In this document: positions 10,715 to 20,475 of the stretch, piece after piece
Layout: every line of letters begins with the position of its first letter
How positions within the stretch are numbered: position 1 is the first letter of the stretch
NCBI GenBank assembly: GCA_043797545.1
Contig: JAZDPN010000051.1
Span: 1-46,432 of the forward strand
Origin: Patescibacteria group bacterium
GTDB taxonomy: Bacteria; Patescibacteriota; Gracilibacteria; JAHISY01
DNA: 46,432 nt
Direction of reading: 5' to 3'
The notes under the pieces: model-generated
What the model was told of the DNA's origin: nothing
Database searches by the model: none
The model's input: only the letters and a program-made list of their open reading frames with translations
Program-made: the position numbers and the translations under genes

Positions 10715-11977
10715 TTATTTCAACAATACTGAGAGTTCTTCCTCTCGTCCTTCAAACGGCCCGATCGCGGCGAGGCGGAATTTTCCCGGGACGAAGATTT
10801 GCTGCGCGAGTTTTTGGATTTGCTCCGCATTCACTGCGTCGATTTTCGCGAAAATTTCTTCGAGTGAATCCTGTTTCTTATAAAGCAAAAATTGTTTGCC
10901 GATGAGGTGCGCGTATTCTTCGCTGTCTTCGAGTCGCAAAGTCAGTTTGCCTTTCAAAAATTCCTGCGCACGTTTCAGCTCGTCCGCCCCGACTTTTTCC
11001 GCGGCGATTTTTTCATACTCCGCGCGAATCGCGCTGACCGCTTTTGGCAATCTTTTCAGATCGACTCCGGCACTCGTCGAAACCACGCCTGCATCGGTGT
11101 AGTCGTCGGTATTCGTCCGAATGTAATAGCACAGTCCCTGCGCCTCGCGCACATTTAGAAACATGCGCGAGCTCATATTTCCGCCGAGAATAATCGCCAA
11201 AATACGCTGCGCCCAGTGCTGCGGATCTTCCGCTGCGACGCCGCGCACACCGAGCACGAGATGACCTTGCTCAGTTTTTTTGTTCTGAATTTTGACCGGA
11301 CTTTGCGGCTCGAAATTTTCCAAAGCCTGCCAGTCGAAAGCTTTTTTGCCATTTTGAAATTGGAAAAATTTTTCGACTTTTCCGACGATTTCTTTGTGCT
11401 CGCATTTGCCCGCGACCGCGATGATGAGATTACCAGGCTGATAAAGCTCATTTTTGTAATTCACAAAATCGTCGCGCTGAAATTTCAAAATATTTTCGCG
11501 TGTGCCGATCTGATCCCAGCCCATCGGCTGGTCACCGAAAAGTAATCGCTCGAAATCCCAACCGACTTGGTACATCGGCGTGTCGAGATACATGTTGTAT
11601 TCTTCGAGAATTACACCGCGTTCTTTCTCGATTTCCTCGGCCGGAAATTTCGCATTGACCAGCATATCGCTCAAAACATCGAATGCCGTGTCCGCGTGAT
11701 TCGCGGCGACTTTCACGAAGTAGCCCGCATATTCTTTACCGGTGAAGGCATTGAATTCACCGCCGATCGAATCGATGGCCTCGCTGACCGCTTTGGTGTT
11801 TCTAAATTTCTCACCGCCCTTGAAGAACATATGCTCGAGAAAATGCGAAAGTCCGTTCCGTCCGCGCGTTTCGTAGCGTGAGCCCGCTCCGGCGAGGACG
11901 AGACAAGTAATCGCCTCCGTCCCGGGCAAAGTCTGAGTGACGATTTTGAGTCCGTTAGGCAGTTTAGTCAGTTCCAT
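10715..11977 (-). CDS. M16 family (pitrilysin-like) zinc peptidase
   Basis: Inverted Zn motif HFLEH, NAFT, SSRMFLNVRE..GL.Y. Confidence 0.93.
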   Translation of the reverse strand: MELTKLPNGLKIVTQTLPGTEAITCLVLAGAGSRYETRGRNGLSHFLEHMFFKGGEKFRNTKAVSEAIDSIGGEFNAFTGKEYAGYFVKVAANHADTAFDVLSDMLVNAKFPAEEIEKERGVILEEYNMYLDTPMYQVGWDFERLLFGDQPMGWDQIGTRENILKFQRDDFVNYKNELYQPGNLIIAVAGKCEHKEIVGKVEKFFQFQNGKKAFDWQALENFEPQSPVKIQNKKTEQGHLVLGVRGVAAEDPQHWAQRILAIILGGNMSSRMFLNVREAQGLCYYIRTNTDDYTDAGVVSTSAGVDLKRLPKAVSAIRAEYEKIAAEKVGADELKRAQEFLKGKLTLRLEDSEEYAHLIGKQFLLYKKQDSLEEIFAKIDAVNAEQIQKLAQQIFVPGKFRLAAIGPFEGREEELSVLLK

Positions 11978-11987
11978 TGCGAGAGAA

Positions 11988-13247
11988 TTATTTGGGCGAG
12001 TTTACCATCCCTGCCAGGAGAAAAAGACTGAGCGCCGTCGGCGCATCTTCGAGCGGATGTAAAAAGAACATTATTACTGTAATCCCGATCAAAGCGTAAA
12101 AAATTTCAGAGCCAGCCTTTTTCAAATCCAGAGCGAGACTGAGCAAAAAAACCAGGAACAAAATTCCGCCCAACCAACCCAGCTCAAGTGCGATTCCCAA
12201 GAAAGTATTTTCGGGAGTCAGAGCATGATTAAATCTTTGGGAGATGCCGCCAGTCTGACCCAGACCCAATCCCAGAGGATGCGCCCAAACGAGAGCAGCC
12301 GCTTGGATGCTTTTCGTGAAATGTTCTCCGGTCGAAGCGGCTCTACCGATGATTGCTCCCAAATTTTGATTAGAAAAAAGCAGAATCATGATTCCTGAGA
12401 TTGCGGCAAAAGCGCCAAAAGCAAGCCGTTTTTTTATTTTAGCAGGCAAATTTCTTCGCCACATTTTTCCCGCAAAGAGCAAAAAAATTACAGCTGCGCC
12501 GAGCCAGGCCGAACGCGAAAAAGTCCAGACCAAAACCAAAATTCCTCCTAAGATTTCGATCCCCAAAAAGTAGGGCCAGAAATTTTTCGTTTTGCGCTTA
12601 GCCCAAAATTCAGTCAGCGCGACTGGCAAAAGTAAAAGCAAAAACGCGCCGAGCTGATTCGGCCCGGCGAAAGTCGCCTGGGAGCGGATTTGGCCTGACT
12701 CGCCGACGAGATGATAGATCGGGAGATTGCCGCCCGGCTGCCAGCTCGAAACATTTTCCGAATAACCAAAATATTTTAAAAAGTCGGAAGGCAAAAGAAA
12801 TTTTTGTGCCAGGGCAAAAAGAATTACTAGACCGCCAGCTGACAGAAAGATTTTTTTCAGTCGTTCGATGTTCAGCTCGTCAAAATCAAAAAATTGCACG
12901 GCCAAAAAAGCAAGCAAAAATAAAGTTGCGGTTCGCAGGCCGAGCAGTTTTTGCGTCCAGATTCCACTGCCGAAAGTTGCGTAAAGAATTGCCGAGATTA
13001 CAAAAATCAAACCGAGCCAAAATGTCCGCGAGCGGGGAAATTTGCGGCTGGAAACCAATTTCACTAGAGCTAAGACTCCCAGAATTCCGACCAAGATTTC
13101 TTTCCAGGCTTGAATCAGGATCGTCCAAGCGTCAGTCCAAAAAAAACTTTTCAGCCAAGTAAAAAGAAAAGCATGAAAGGGGAGGAGTGCGATCAGGGCT
13201 ATCGAAATTGCGAAGGCCGCGCGGTCGAGTTTTTTGGAGAAACTCAT
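11988..13247 (-). CDS. O-antigen ligase (Wzy_C) family membrane protein
   Basis: Multi-TM; R..ATF.GPNQLG, TFSRSAWLG, HPLGLGLG, EN..L....ELG..G. Confidence 0.8.
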   Translation of the reverse strand: MSFSKKLDRAAFAISIALIALLPFHAFLFTWLKSFFWTDAWTILIQAWKEILVGILGVLALVKLVSSRKFPRSRTFWLGLIFVISAILYATFGSGIWTQKLLGLRTATLFLLAFLAVQFFDFDELNIERLKKIFLSAGGLVILFALAQKFLLPSDFLKYFGYSENVSSWQPGGNLPIYHLVGESGQIRSQATFAGPNQLGAFLLLLLPVALTEFWAKRKTKNFWPYFLGIEILGGILVLVWTFSRSAWLGAAVIFLLFAGKMWRRNLPAKIKKRLAFGAFAAISGIMILLFSNQNLGAIIGRAASTGEHFTKSIQAAALVWAHPLGLGLGQTGGISQRFNHALTPENTFLGIALELGWLGGILFLVFLLSLALDLKKAGSEIFYALIGITVIMFFLHPLEDAPTALSLFLLAGMVNSPK

Positions 13248-13280
13248 TGGAATTTTAAATTTCTAGTTTTAAATTAAAAA

Positions 13281-14336
13281 CTACTTTGCGGCATCCAAGA
13301 TGATTTTAGCAATCCGCTCGGCTGCGTCGCTCGGCGCTAGATTTTTGGCGGCTGCACCGATTTTGGCGAGTCGTGCTGAATCAGACAAAAGCCAGATCAC
13401 TAATTTGGCGAAGTCGTGCGGCTTGGCCTTTTCCTGGGGCATGACCATCGTAGCTCCGGCTTTTTCAAAAAATTTCGCGTTCTCGACTTGGTCACCGCGC
13501 GAGGATTCAGCCGGTAGAGGGATCAAGACGCTGGGTCGGCTGGCGGCTGCGATTTCGAAAAGGGCATTGGCGCCGGCCCGCGAAACGACCAGATCGGCTG
13601 CAGCCAAGACGTCCAAATATTCTTGGTCGAGATAATCAAAGAGTCTGACATTCTCGGGCAAATCCATTTTGGGCAGCTTGCCGGCGCCAGTCAGCCAGAC
13701 GACGTTTGTTTTGTGCGCTAGGGCAAAAACGCTGCGTTCAAGCAGAAGATTCAGAAAAACCGCTCCGGTCGAACCGCCCGCGATCAAGACAATCGGTAAG
13801 TCATTCCCAAAATCCAAAAATTCTCGCCCGTGTTCAGCCGACCCAATGGGCCGGACTGGGTTCCCAGTAATTTGGATTTTGTGGCCGGGGTGGGTAGTTG
13901 GGAAACTGAGACAAATTTTCTTGGCAAAGCGGGCCGTGAGCCGAGTCGCCAGCCCGGGACTGAGATCGGATTCGTGGATAATTAAAGGAATGCGCAAAAG
14001 TGCGGCTGCCAGAGCGACCGGGACGCTCACGAAGCCGCCTTTAGAAAAGACGACTTGCGGCTTGATTTTGATAAGCCGATGTAAGGCTTGGACTATCCCG
14101 ACCGGGACGCGCAGCGCGTCGACCGCATTTTGCCAATCGAAATAGCGCCTCAATTTTCCAGTTTGTATTGCATAAAATTCAATCCCCGTTTTTTCGGCTA
14201 GTTTACGCTCCAGCCCGTCTTGCGAACCGAGATAAAAAATCTGAGCATGACCAGCCAGCTTCTTGACCGCTGCGATGATCGCGAGATTGGGAATCACGTG
14301 CCCGCCCGTGCCGCCACCGGTAAAAACAATTTTCAT
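13281..14336 (-). CDS. murG: lipid II GlcNAc transferase MurG
   Basis: GGGTGGHV, SKGGFVS, HESD, TGNPVR, SRAGA, DQ..NA. Confidence 0.96.
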   Translation of the reverse strand: MKIVFTGGGTGGHVIPNLAIIAAVKKLAGHAQIFYLGSQDGLERKLAEKTGIEFYAIQTGKLRRYFDWQNAVDALRVPVGIVQALHRLIKIKPQVVFSKGGFVSVPVALAAALLRIPLIIHESDLSPGLATRLTARFAKKICLSFPTTHPGHKIQITGNPVRPIGSAEHGREFLDFGNDLPIVLIAGGSTGAVFLNLLLERSVFALAHKTNVVWLTGAGKLPKMDLPENVRLFDYLDQEYLDVLAAADLVVSRAGANALFEIAAASRPSVLIPLPAESSRGDQVENAKFFEKAGATMVMPQEKAKPHDFAKLVIWLLSDSARLAKIGAAAKNLAPSDAAERIAKIILDAAK

Positions 14337-14347
14337 AAGTTGACATT

Positions 14348-15070
14348 TTACAGAGAATCTTCTGTTTTGCGAATCGGTCTGGGCTGGTCACGCATTGCTT
14401 TTAATTCTTCAGCCGAAAATTTCTCGCCTTTGCGTGCATGCACCAGATCGTCGTCACGCTTACTAAAATCGCTCATACGCCGGCGCTGGTGGCTGGCCTT
14501 CTGAATATCCAAGATTTTGCGCGCAGTCATCTGCGGTGATTTTACGAAGTTCATCAGAAGCGGGATATCGCTTCCGGCAGTTTGGATTTCGAGCTGACCG
14601 ATATCAGAAAGAGTGCGCCAAAAACCATGCGTTTGACCGCCGACTTCCTGAATTCGGTCGAGATTAGTCTCGGCGATTTGCCAGTCAAAAATACTGGTTT
14701 GAGTGATATCGACTACGCGCTCATTGGTCACGACCACGACGGTGAACTCGCTTTTGATAAATTCAATTAGAGTTACCAGCCAGGCAAACAAAAAGTAGAA
14801 GACAGCAATTAAATTCAAAATCAGCTGAGATGCCAGTGGCAGGTTGATGTAAACAAAAAAAATAAAAATTATTCCAGGCAAGAAAACACCCAAGAGCAAG
14901 AACCACAAAAAAATCTTGGCGCGCTGCAGCCAGTGAGTGCGAATACAAATCTCGACTTCTTCGTTGGCGCGCTGTCCTGGAAAAAAATTCGTCCGTCGCG
15001 TGATATTGGTGTGCAATTTTGCGAGCTTTGCATCGCTGGCCGAAAGTGATTTTTCGCCTAAAAACATCAT
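14348..15070 (-). CDS. membrane protein with a bacterial PH domain
   Basis: Two TMs, then VVTNERVVDI.Q, IQEV, G.LEIQTAG. Confidence 0.75.
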   Translation of the reverse strand: MMFLGEKSLSASDAKLAKLHTNITRRTNFFPGQRANEEVEICIRTHWLQRAKIFLWFLLLGVFLPGIIFIFFVYINLPLASQLILNLIAVFYFLFAWLVTLIEFIKSEFTVVVVTNERVVDITQTSIFDWQIAETNLDRIQEVGGQTHGFWRTLSDIGQLEIQTAGSDIPLLMNFVKSPQMTARKILDIQKASHQRRRMSDFSKRDDDLVHARKGEKFSAEELKAMRDQPRPIRKTEDSL

Positions 15071-15155
15071 TTTAATTTTAACCGAATTCGGAGCTCGCTA
15101 ACTTGCCTTTATCTCCACTTTTTGTTAAAATATCGAAGAACAAAAACAAAACTGA

Positions 15156-16016
15156 ATGGATAAAAATACGCTGCAGTTGCCGTCCAAAAATGAAGTTTTT
15201 CGGCAGATTGTCGCCGAAAAGCCCGAAGACGCCGAGATGGATTTTCATAGTGCCTTGCATTTCATTGAAGGGCGCGAGGAAGACGAGCGTTTTGTCGAGG
15301 CGCGCCGTGCGATTCAAAAACAACTTGAAGAGAGCGAGGAGAGCGAAGAGCGTGGAACCTGCAATTACTATCTTTTGCGCCTGATGTTGCGCGAGCACTT
15401 GCTTTTTGAAAATAAGGACACGCGCGACGCCTACCAGAGGATGCGGGACAATTTTCTCGCGGCTGAACGCGAATACAAGAAGAATTTTTTCCAAATGAAG
15501 CGCGGTGAAGAGAAGGAAAATTCGCGCTCCCAGATCGAAAACTTTTACCGACTGGTCGATAGCTATTTCATCGTGCTCGAAAAGATTTATCAAAAAAAAG
15601 GTTTTCTCGGCGCGGGCGAGCGCGCTTATGAGGACAAAATGCATTTTCGCAAAAGTCTCGCTTATTTTTCGGGTCACCACTTCGCGCATCTCGGCCATCT
15701 TTTCCTCGACAAAACTTCCCGCTACGGTCACTCTCTAGGTCGCTGGGGGATGACTGTTTTGCTCTTTATCACTTTTTTCGCTGCGATCTACGCCTTGCTG
15801 GATTTCACTTCATCGACTTCAATGTTCGCGGACTATCCCGCACGGACCGGATTTTTCGATTATTTCTATTTCTCGGTCGTCACTTTCACTACGCTGGGCT
15901 ACGGTGATATCACCCCGATCACAGTCGCCGAAAAAATGGTGGTTGGCTGTGAGGTTTTGCTCGGTTTCACCATGTTGGGTATTTTCATCAATCTGATCAA
16001 GCGTCGTTTCAATTAA
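15156..16016 (+). CDS. two-TM potassium channel family protein with a large soluble N-terminal domain
   Basis: YFSVVTFTTLGYGDITP selectivity filter flanked by TMs. Confidence 0.85.
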   Translation: MDKNTLQLPSKNEVFRQIVAEKPEDAEMDFHSALHFIEGREEDERFVEARRAIQKQLEESEESEERGTCNYYLLRLMLREHLLFENKDTRDAYQRMRDNFLAAEREYKKNFFQMKRGEEKENSRSQIENFYRLVDSYFIVLEKIYQKKGFLGAGERAYEDKMHFRKSLAYFSGHHFAHLGHLFLDKTSRYGHSLGRWGMTVLLFITFFAAIYALLDFTSSTSMFADYPARTGFFDYFYFSVVTFTTLGYGDITPITVAEKMVVGCEVLLGFTMLGIFINLIKRRFN

Positions 16017-17082
16017 TAACCCGGCCTAAGCTCTCGGCCATTTGAGTCGGATCGTGGGCGGCGTGGAGCGCTTCTTCGGCTGAGATATCACCGCTTCTGA
16101 CGAATCGCAGCAAATTCTCGTCAAAAAGACGCATGCCGCTTTTGCCGTTGATTTGGATCTGGGAATAAATTTCCGAAATTTTGCGCTCGCGAATCGCATG
16201 TGCAATGCCGGAATTATTGAACATGATTTCTCTGACGCAGACCCGGCCCAGGCCGTCTTTGGTCGGAATGAGGCGTTGGCTCATCACGGCCGCGAGCGAA
16301 TGGCTAAGCTGGACGGCGATTTGTTGCTGCTGATTAGCCGGGAAAACATCGACAATTCGCTGAATCGCGCGCGGCGCATCGTCTGTGTGCAGAGTGGCCA
16401 AAACGAGATGCCCGGTCTCAGCCAGAGTGATCGCGGTCGCGATTGTCTCCAGATCGCGCATTTCGCCAATCACGATCACGTTTACGTCCTGGCGTACGGT
16501 GTGCTTGACCGCGCTGGCGAAGCTCTCGGCATCGATCCCGACTGCGCGCTGCGAAATCACGGCCTTTTTTCTTTTGAAAATAAACTCAATCGGATCTTCG
16601 ATCGTGATGATGCGCACTTTACGTTCGGCGTTAATAAAATCAATCAGGCTCGCGAGAGTAGTCGTCTTGCCGCTTCCATTTGGGCCGGTCACTAGGATCA
16701 AGCCTTCGTCGCGCAGGACGTATTCCAAAATTTCGGCTGGAATATCGATTTCATCGGGTCGCGGAATTTCAAAAGGAATCGCGCGAAAGGCGATGGCCGG
16801 ACCGTGCATTTCCTCATAAAACGCGACTCGGAAGCGGCTCAGATTTGGTCGCTCAATCGAGAAATCAAATTCTTTCTCGGCGGCTAGTTTTTTGAAACCC
16901 TCTTCGCCGATAATTTCGCGCGTGACTTTTTCGATTTCCTCGCGCTTGACTGGTTCAGCATCTGGTACCGGCCAGATCTGGCCATTTTTGGCACGCAGAA
17001 AGGGTGGCTCATCAGTCAGAATATGCAGATCGGAGCAGGCGTTTTCGATTTGCTGGATGAGCAGCTTCTCGAGGTCAAACAT
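16009..17082 (-). CDS. pilT: PilT/PilU family type IV pilus retraction ATPase
   Basis: SDLHI, GPNGSGKTTT, TIEDPIE, GEMRD, AETGHLVLATLHT. Confidence 0.92.
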   Translation of the reverse strand: MFDLEKLLIQQIENACSDLHILTDEPPFLRAKNGQIWPVPDAEPVKREEIEKVTREIIGEEGFKKLAAEKEFDFSIERPNLSRFRVAFYEEMHGPAIAFRAIPFEIPRPDEIDIPAEILEYVLRDEGLILVTGPNGSGKTTTLASLIDFINAERKVRIITIEDPIEFIFKRKKAVISQRAVGIDAESFASAVKHTVRQDVNVIVIGEMRDLETIATAITLAETGHLVLATLHTDDAPRAIQRIVDVFPANQQQQIAVQLSHSLAAVMSQRLIPTKDGLGRVCVREIMFNNSGIAHAIRERKISEIYSQIQINGKSGMRLFDENLLRFVRSGDISAEEALHAAHDPTQMAESLGRVIN

Positions 17083-17116
17083 TTGATTTTTTTAGATCGC
17101 GCCATTCTAGCACGTT

Positions 17117-18364
17117 TTAGCGCTTTTTCCAAGCGTTTTCCTGCCGACACAGGAGTCTACGATCGGCCGGGTTGCGCAGAATTTTTACCAAAGCTTGTTC
17201 AAGTCGGACTTGGTTTTGGCTGCCTTTGGCGAGAATCAAATCGCCCGGTCGAATTTCCTTTTTCAAAAACTCGCCGGCTTGCCTGGCCGTCTCAAAAAAC
17301 CTGGTTGGTTTTTTGGCGAGTTTCGCGGCTTGGACGAATTGCTCGGCTGCCCCAAAAACTCCGATCACAAGATCAGAGACTTTAGCGGCCTTGGCGCCCA
17401 GCTCGTGGTGAAACTTTAGCGAATTTGTTCCCAGCTCGTTCATCTGTCCGCCCAAAAAAATTTTCCTTTTGGCAGGCAAATTTTCCAAAGTTTCGAGCGC
17501 GGCCGCCAAGCTTTTGGGATTCGAATTGTAGGAGCCGTCCAAGATTTTCGAGCCTTTGATTCCCGCCAGGAGATTCAAGCGCCCGGGCGGTAAATGAAAA
17601 TCTTTCAGTGCGGAAATCGCTTTTTTCAAGCTAATGCCATTCGCCAGGCCGATTGCCACGGCGGCCAGGATTGAACCCAGATTTTGCCGCCCCAGGATGG
17701 GAATTTTTAGCTCGGCTTTTTCCTGACCCCAGGCAATCTGGGCCGAAAGTCCAGTCAGGTCTTCCCGGATTTTGCTTGCGCGCAGATTGGCGCTCTTGTC
17801 CAGCCCGAAGAAAATTTTCCGCGCATTTGTTTTCGTCTTTCGCGAAAACTCATCATCGGCGTTCAAAATTGCGACTCCGTTTTTGGGTAAATTTTCAATC
17901 AACTTTCTTTTTTCGCGAGCGATCGCTTCCAGGCTTGCGAATTGGCCGGGGCCGAGATGGACCGGTGCGACGTTCAAGAAGACGCCGATCTGCGGCCGCA
18001 CGATTTCCAGCAGTCGGCTCAAGTCACCCGGTCGGTCGGCCCCCAGCTCGAGGACGATTTTTGCCGCTTCCAATTTTTGCGTTCCGCGCCATTCCGCGCG
18101 CCAGAGAATTCCGAGCCATTTCAAAGGATTGGAAAAACCGGATTCTTCCTCAAGCAAAGTCAAAGGAACTCCAAATTCTGAATTAAAACTTTTCGCGTTG
18201 GCTAGGACTGTAAATCGGCTGGCCAAGATTTGCGCAGCCGCGTCTTTCGCCGTCGTTTTGCCGACCGAACCGGTGATTCCGACGATCGTCGATTTAGCCG
18301 AAACGCGTCGTCTCGCATGCAGACTCAGGAATTTAAGGACGAGATGGCGGGCGAGCTTCTTCAA
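17117..18364 (-). CDS. murF: MurF-type Mur ligase, lacking the usual N-terminal domain
   Basis: GITGSVGKTT, FNSEFGVPLT, LELGAD, LNADD, D.SYNSNP, G.M.ELG, KGS. Start uncertain (TTG 18364 or ORF start 18406). Confidence 0.85.
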   Translation of the reverse strand: MKKLARHLVLKFLSLHARRRVSAKSTIVGITGSVGKTTAKDAAAQILASRFTVLANAKSFNSEFGVPLTLLEEESGFSNPLKWLGILWRAEWRGTQKLEAAKIVLELGADRPGDLSRLLEIVRPQIGVFLNVAPVHLGPGQFASLEAIAREKRKLIENLPKNGVAILNADDEFSRKTKTNARKIFFGLDKSANLRASKIREDLTGLSAQIAWGQEKAELKIPILGRQNLGSILAAVAIGLANGISLKKAISALKDFHLPPGRLNLLAGIKGSKILDGSYNSNPKSLAAALETLENLPAKRKIFLGGQMNELGTNSLKFHHELGAKAAKVSDLVIGVFGAAEQFVQAAKLAKKPTRFFETARQAGEFLKKEIRPGDLILAKGSQNQVRLEQALVKILRNPADRRLLCRQENAWKKR

Positions 18365-18737
18365 TTTGCAAACCCAATTCTCCCAAAATTTCGCAAACTT
18401 TTCCAAAAATTTTGCGTGCGATTTCCGTCAATTTATCGATTCGAAGATCCTGATGTTCTGGACTTGTTGAAAAATTTGGGGCTACTAATAATGCTTGATC
18501 AGCTATTCCCGCTAGATTCCCAATTTTTTCTTTTGGCAAAAACTCTAAAATGTTACCAAGATGGTTTAATACCACAAATAAATTTAGCCTCAGTTGGCTT
18601 TTTGTAAAAAAATTAGGATTATTTTTCTTACAGATGTATTGATCGATTGGATCAGGGTCTAAAACATTTTTAATTCTTTTAACTAAAATTTGGATTCGCT
18701 CCCAATCTGGTTCGGAAATTTCAAATTTTTCAGCCAA
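18333..18737 (-). CDS. AT-rich hypothetical protein
   Basis: 134-aa ORF filling the miaA-murF gap; low GC; no recognised motif. Confidence 0.4.
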   Translation of the reverse strand: MAEKFEISEPDWERIQILVKRIKNVLDPDPIDQYICKKNNPNFFTKSQLRLNLFVVLNHLGNILEFLPKEKIGNLAGIADQALLVAPNFSTSPEHQDLRIDKLTEIARKIFGKVCEILGELGLQIEEARPPSRP

Positions 18738-18779
18738 AAATTTTTTAAGTAGCTGATTTTAACTGAGGGATTTTTGCCG

Positions 18780-18821
18780 TCAAATCCAGTGAATCTCGCT
18801 CGCGAAGTCGCAATTGCGCCA
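18780..18821 (-). pseudogene. displaced duplicate of the miaA 3' end
   Basis: Reads WRNCDFASEIHWI* versus the current miaA end LRNCSFANEIIWI*. Confidence 0.8.
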
Positions 18822-18824
18822 TCC

Positions 18825-18866
18825 GTCCTTCGTCCCGCCTTGGCGGGACTTCGGAGGACTGCGCCA
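18825..18866. repeat. CTTCG-stem-CTTCG family REP-like palindrome
   Basis: GTCCTTCG-TCCCGCC-TT-GGCGGGA-CTTCGGAGGAC-TGCGCC; same architecture as 22915-22949 and 41087-41114. Confidence 0.75.
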
Positions 18867-18871
18867 CTTTG

Positions 18872-19777
18872 TTAAATCCAAATTATTTCATTTGCGAAGC
18901 TACAGTTTCTCAACCAGGTCGTCTGGCGTTTCGCGTAATTGCGCGTGTCGCGTTTGATTTCCTCGATCGCAGTTTCCCAAGTTTTTTCGCCATGCAAAAA
19001 ATCCAAAATTTCCCGATAACCGTGGCCGCGCAGTGCGGGGGAGTAGCGGTCGAATTTTTTCGCGAGTGATTCGACTTCGCTCAAAAGTCCCGCGCGCAGC
19101 ATTCCACCGACGCGGCGGTCGATGCGCGCATAAAGTTTTTCGCGGTCGGTCGCGATTCCGAAAATCAAAAAATCGAATTTGCGTTTTCCGTGCGTCGGTT
19201 TTTCCGCATTTTCCGCGCGCTCGAGCGCGCGAATTAAATGGTGGCGATTTTCCGGCGGGATTTTCGCCGCCGCGTTCGGATCGCTTTTGCGCAATTTTTC
19301 CCACAATTTCTGCGGATTTTTCAGCCAAATTTTTTCGAGTGCCGCGCGCCGCGCGAGATCGGCTTTGCCCGGGAAACGAAAATTTTCAATAATCGCCGAG
19401 AGCAATAAAGTGTGTCCGCCCGCCAAAATCGGCAGTTTTTTTCGGTTCAAAATTTCCCGGATTTTCTTTTCGGCGAGTTTTCGGTACGCCGCGACGGAGA
19501 CGACTTTTCGCGGGGAAAAAATTCCGACGAGATGATGCGGAACCAATTTCATTTCTTGATCGGTTGGCCGAGCCGAGCCGATGTCGAGTTCGCGGTAAAT
19601 TTGCCGCGAATCGCAATTCACGATCTCGCCGCGAAGTTTTTGCGCGAGTTTAATCGCGAAATCAGTCTTGCCGCTCGCAGTCGGACCGAGAACCACGAGG
19701 ACCGGTTTGGTCGGTTTCCCAGCCAAAAATTTTTCGGTTAGCTTGGCGGCTTTTTGGACTTTCAATATTTTTGGCAT
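18872..19777 (-). CDS. miaA: tRNA dimethylallyltransferase
   Basis: GPTASGKT, DSRQIY, PHHL, RALE, TRNYAKRQ.TW. Confidence 0.96.
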   Translation of the reverse strand: MPKILKVQKAAKLTEKFLAGKPTKPVLVVLGPTASGKTDFAIKLAQKLRGEIVNCDSRQIYRELDIGSARPTDQEMKLVPHHLVGIFSPRKVVSVAAYRKLAEKKIREILNRKKLPILAGGHTLLLSAIIENFRFPGKADLARRAALEKIWLKNPQKLWEKLRKSDPNAAAKIPPENRHHLIRALERAENAEKPTHGKRKFDFLIFGIATDREKLYARIDRRVGGMLRAGLLSEVESLAKKFDRYSPALRGHGYREILDFLHGEKTWETAIEEIKRDTRNYAKRQTTWLRNCSFANEIIWI

Positions 19778-19806
19778 AAACTTGTTGCGAATTTTAACCC
19801 TAAAAA

Positions 19807-20328
19807 ATGCAAAAGATTTTCATGGCTTTAGCCGTCTCGACTCTGCTTTTTGGCTGCAATTTCGGTTCTGGTCCAGCCGACCCGACCGAGATTCAAAAGG
19901 AAATTGCAACCGAACCCGCTCCTGTCGTCCTCAATGACGATCTCTTCATTACGCTCTCCGCCAAGATTCTCTGTCTGCCATCCAATCATCCCGAGGCCTC
20001 CAAGGCTGAGATTGAGCAATTTGCCAAGCAAATTTTGGCCGAAGCTGGGGTAAACGAGGCTGATTTTGGGACTTACCAGCAAACGGTCGAAGCCGATCAG
20101 GCTAGCAAAAAAGAGCTTTCGCTCGCGATTGTCGGCAAGATGCCTGATTTCTGCAAACTGATTCCGGTTTCCCAAAGCGCTCCTACGCCGGAAGCTGAAA
20201 AACCGACCGAAAATATCGAACCGTCGACCGAAGTCCAATCCAGCGAAAAACCGGTTGTCCAGGATTCCGCTGGGACGATCTCGTCCGAAGTGAGTCCGGC
20301 CGCGCCGACCGAAAATCCAGCGCAATAA
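19807..20328 (+). CDS. hypothetical lipoprotein
   Basis: Signal peptide ending LLFGC (lipobox); P/S/T/E-rich tail. Confidence 0.7.
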   Translation: MQKIFMALAVSTLLFGCNFGSGPADPTEIQKEIATEPAPVVLNDDLFITLSAKILCLPSNHPEASKAEIEQFAKQILAEAGVNEADFGTYQQTVEADQASKKELSLAIVGKMPDFCKLIPVSQSAPTPEAEKPTENIEPSTEVQSSEKPVVQDSAGTISSEVSPAAPTENPAQ

Positions 20329-20331
20329 AGA

Positions 20332-20360
20332 TTTGCATTCCTAAAATTTTTCGCTAGAAT
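20332..20360 (+). promoter_or_regulatory. sigma70-type promoter of rplJL
   Basis: TTGCAT-16bp-TAGAAT just upstream of the leader. Confidence 0.6.
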
Positions 20361-20371
20361 CCATCCACATT

Positions 20372-20464
20372 TCGGGCTGAAGAAAGCAGGTTGCTAAATC
20401 CTGCCGAGGCAAAACCATAGTTTTCAAAGGGTTTGCCGTCTCAGTTCGACGCAAACCTTTTTTA
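20372..20464 (+). promoter_or_regulatory. ribosomal protein L10 leader (autogenous attenuator)
   Basis: GAAGAAAGCAGG...TAAATCCTGCCGAGG core typical of L10 leaders; TCGGGCTGA/TCAGTTCGA pairing competes with terminator AAAGGGTTTGC...GCAAACCTTTTTT; directly upstream of rplJ. Confidence 0.85.
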
Positions 20465-20475
20465 TTTCAATTCCA

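Noticed and set aside
18780-18920. Diversity-generating retroelement TR/VR pair
   Set aside because: Differences are not confined to adenines of one copy, the repeat is only ~42 bp, and there is no reverse transcriptase in the window
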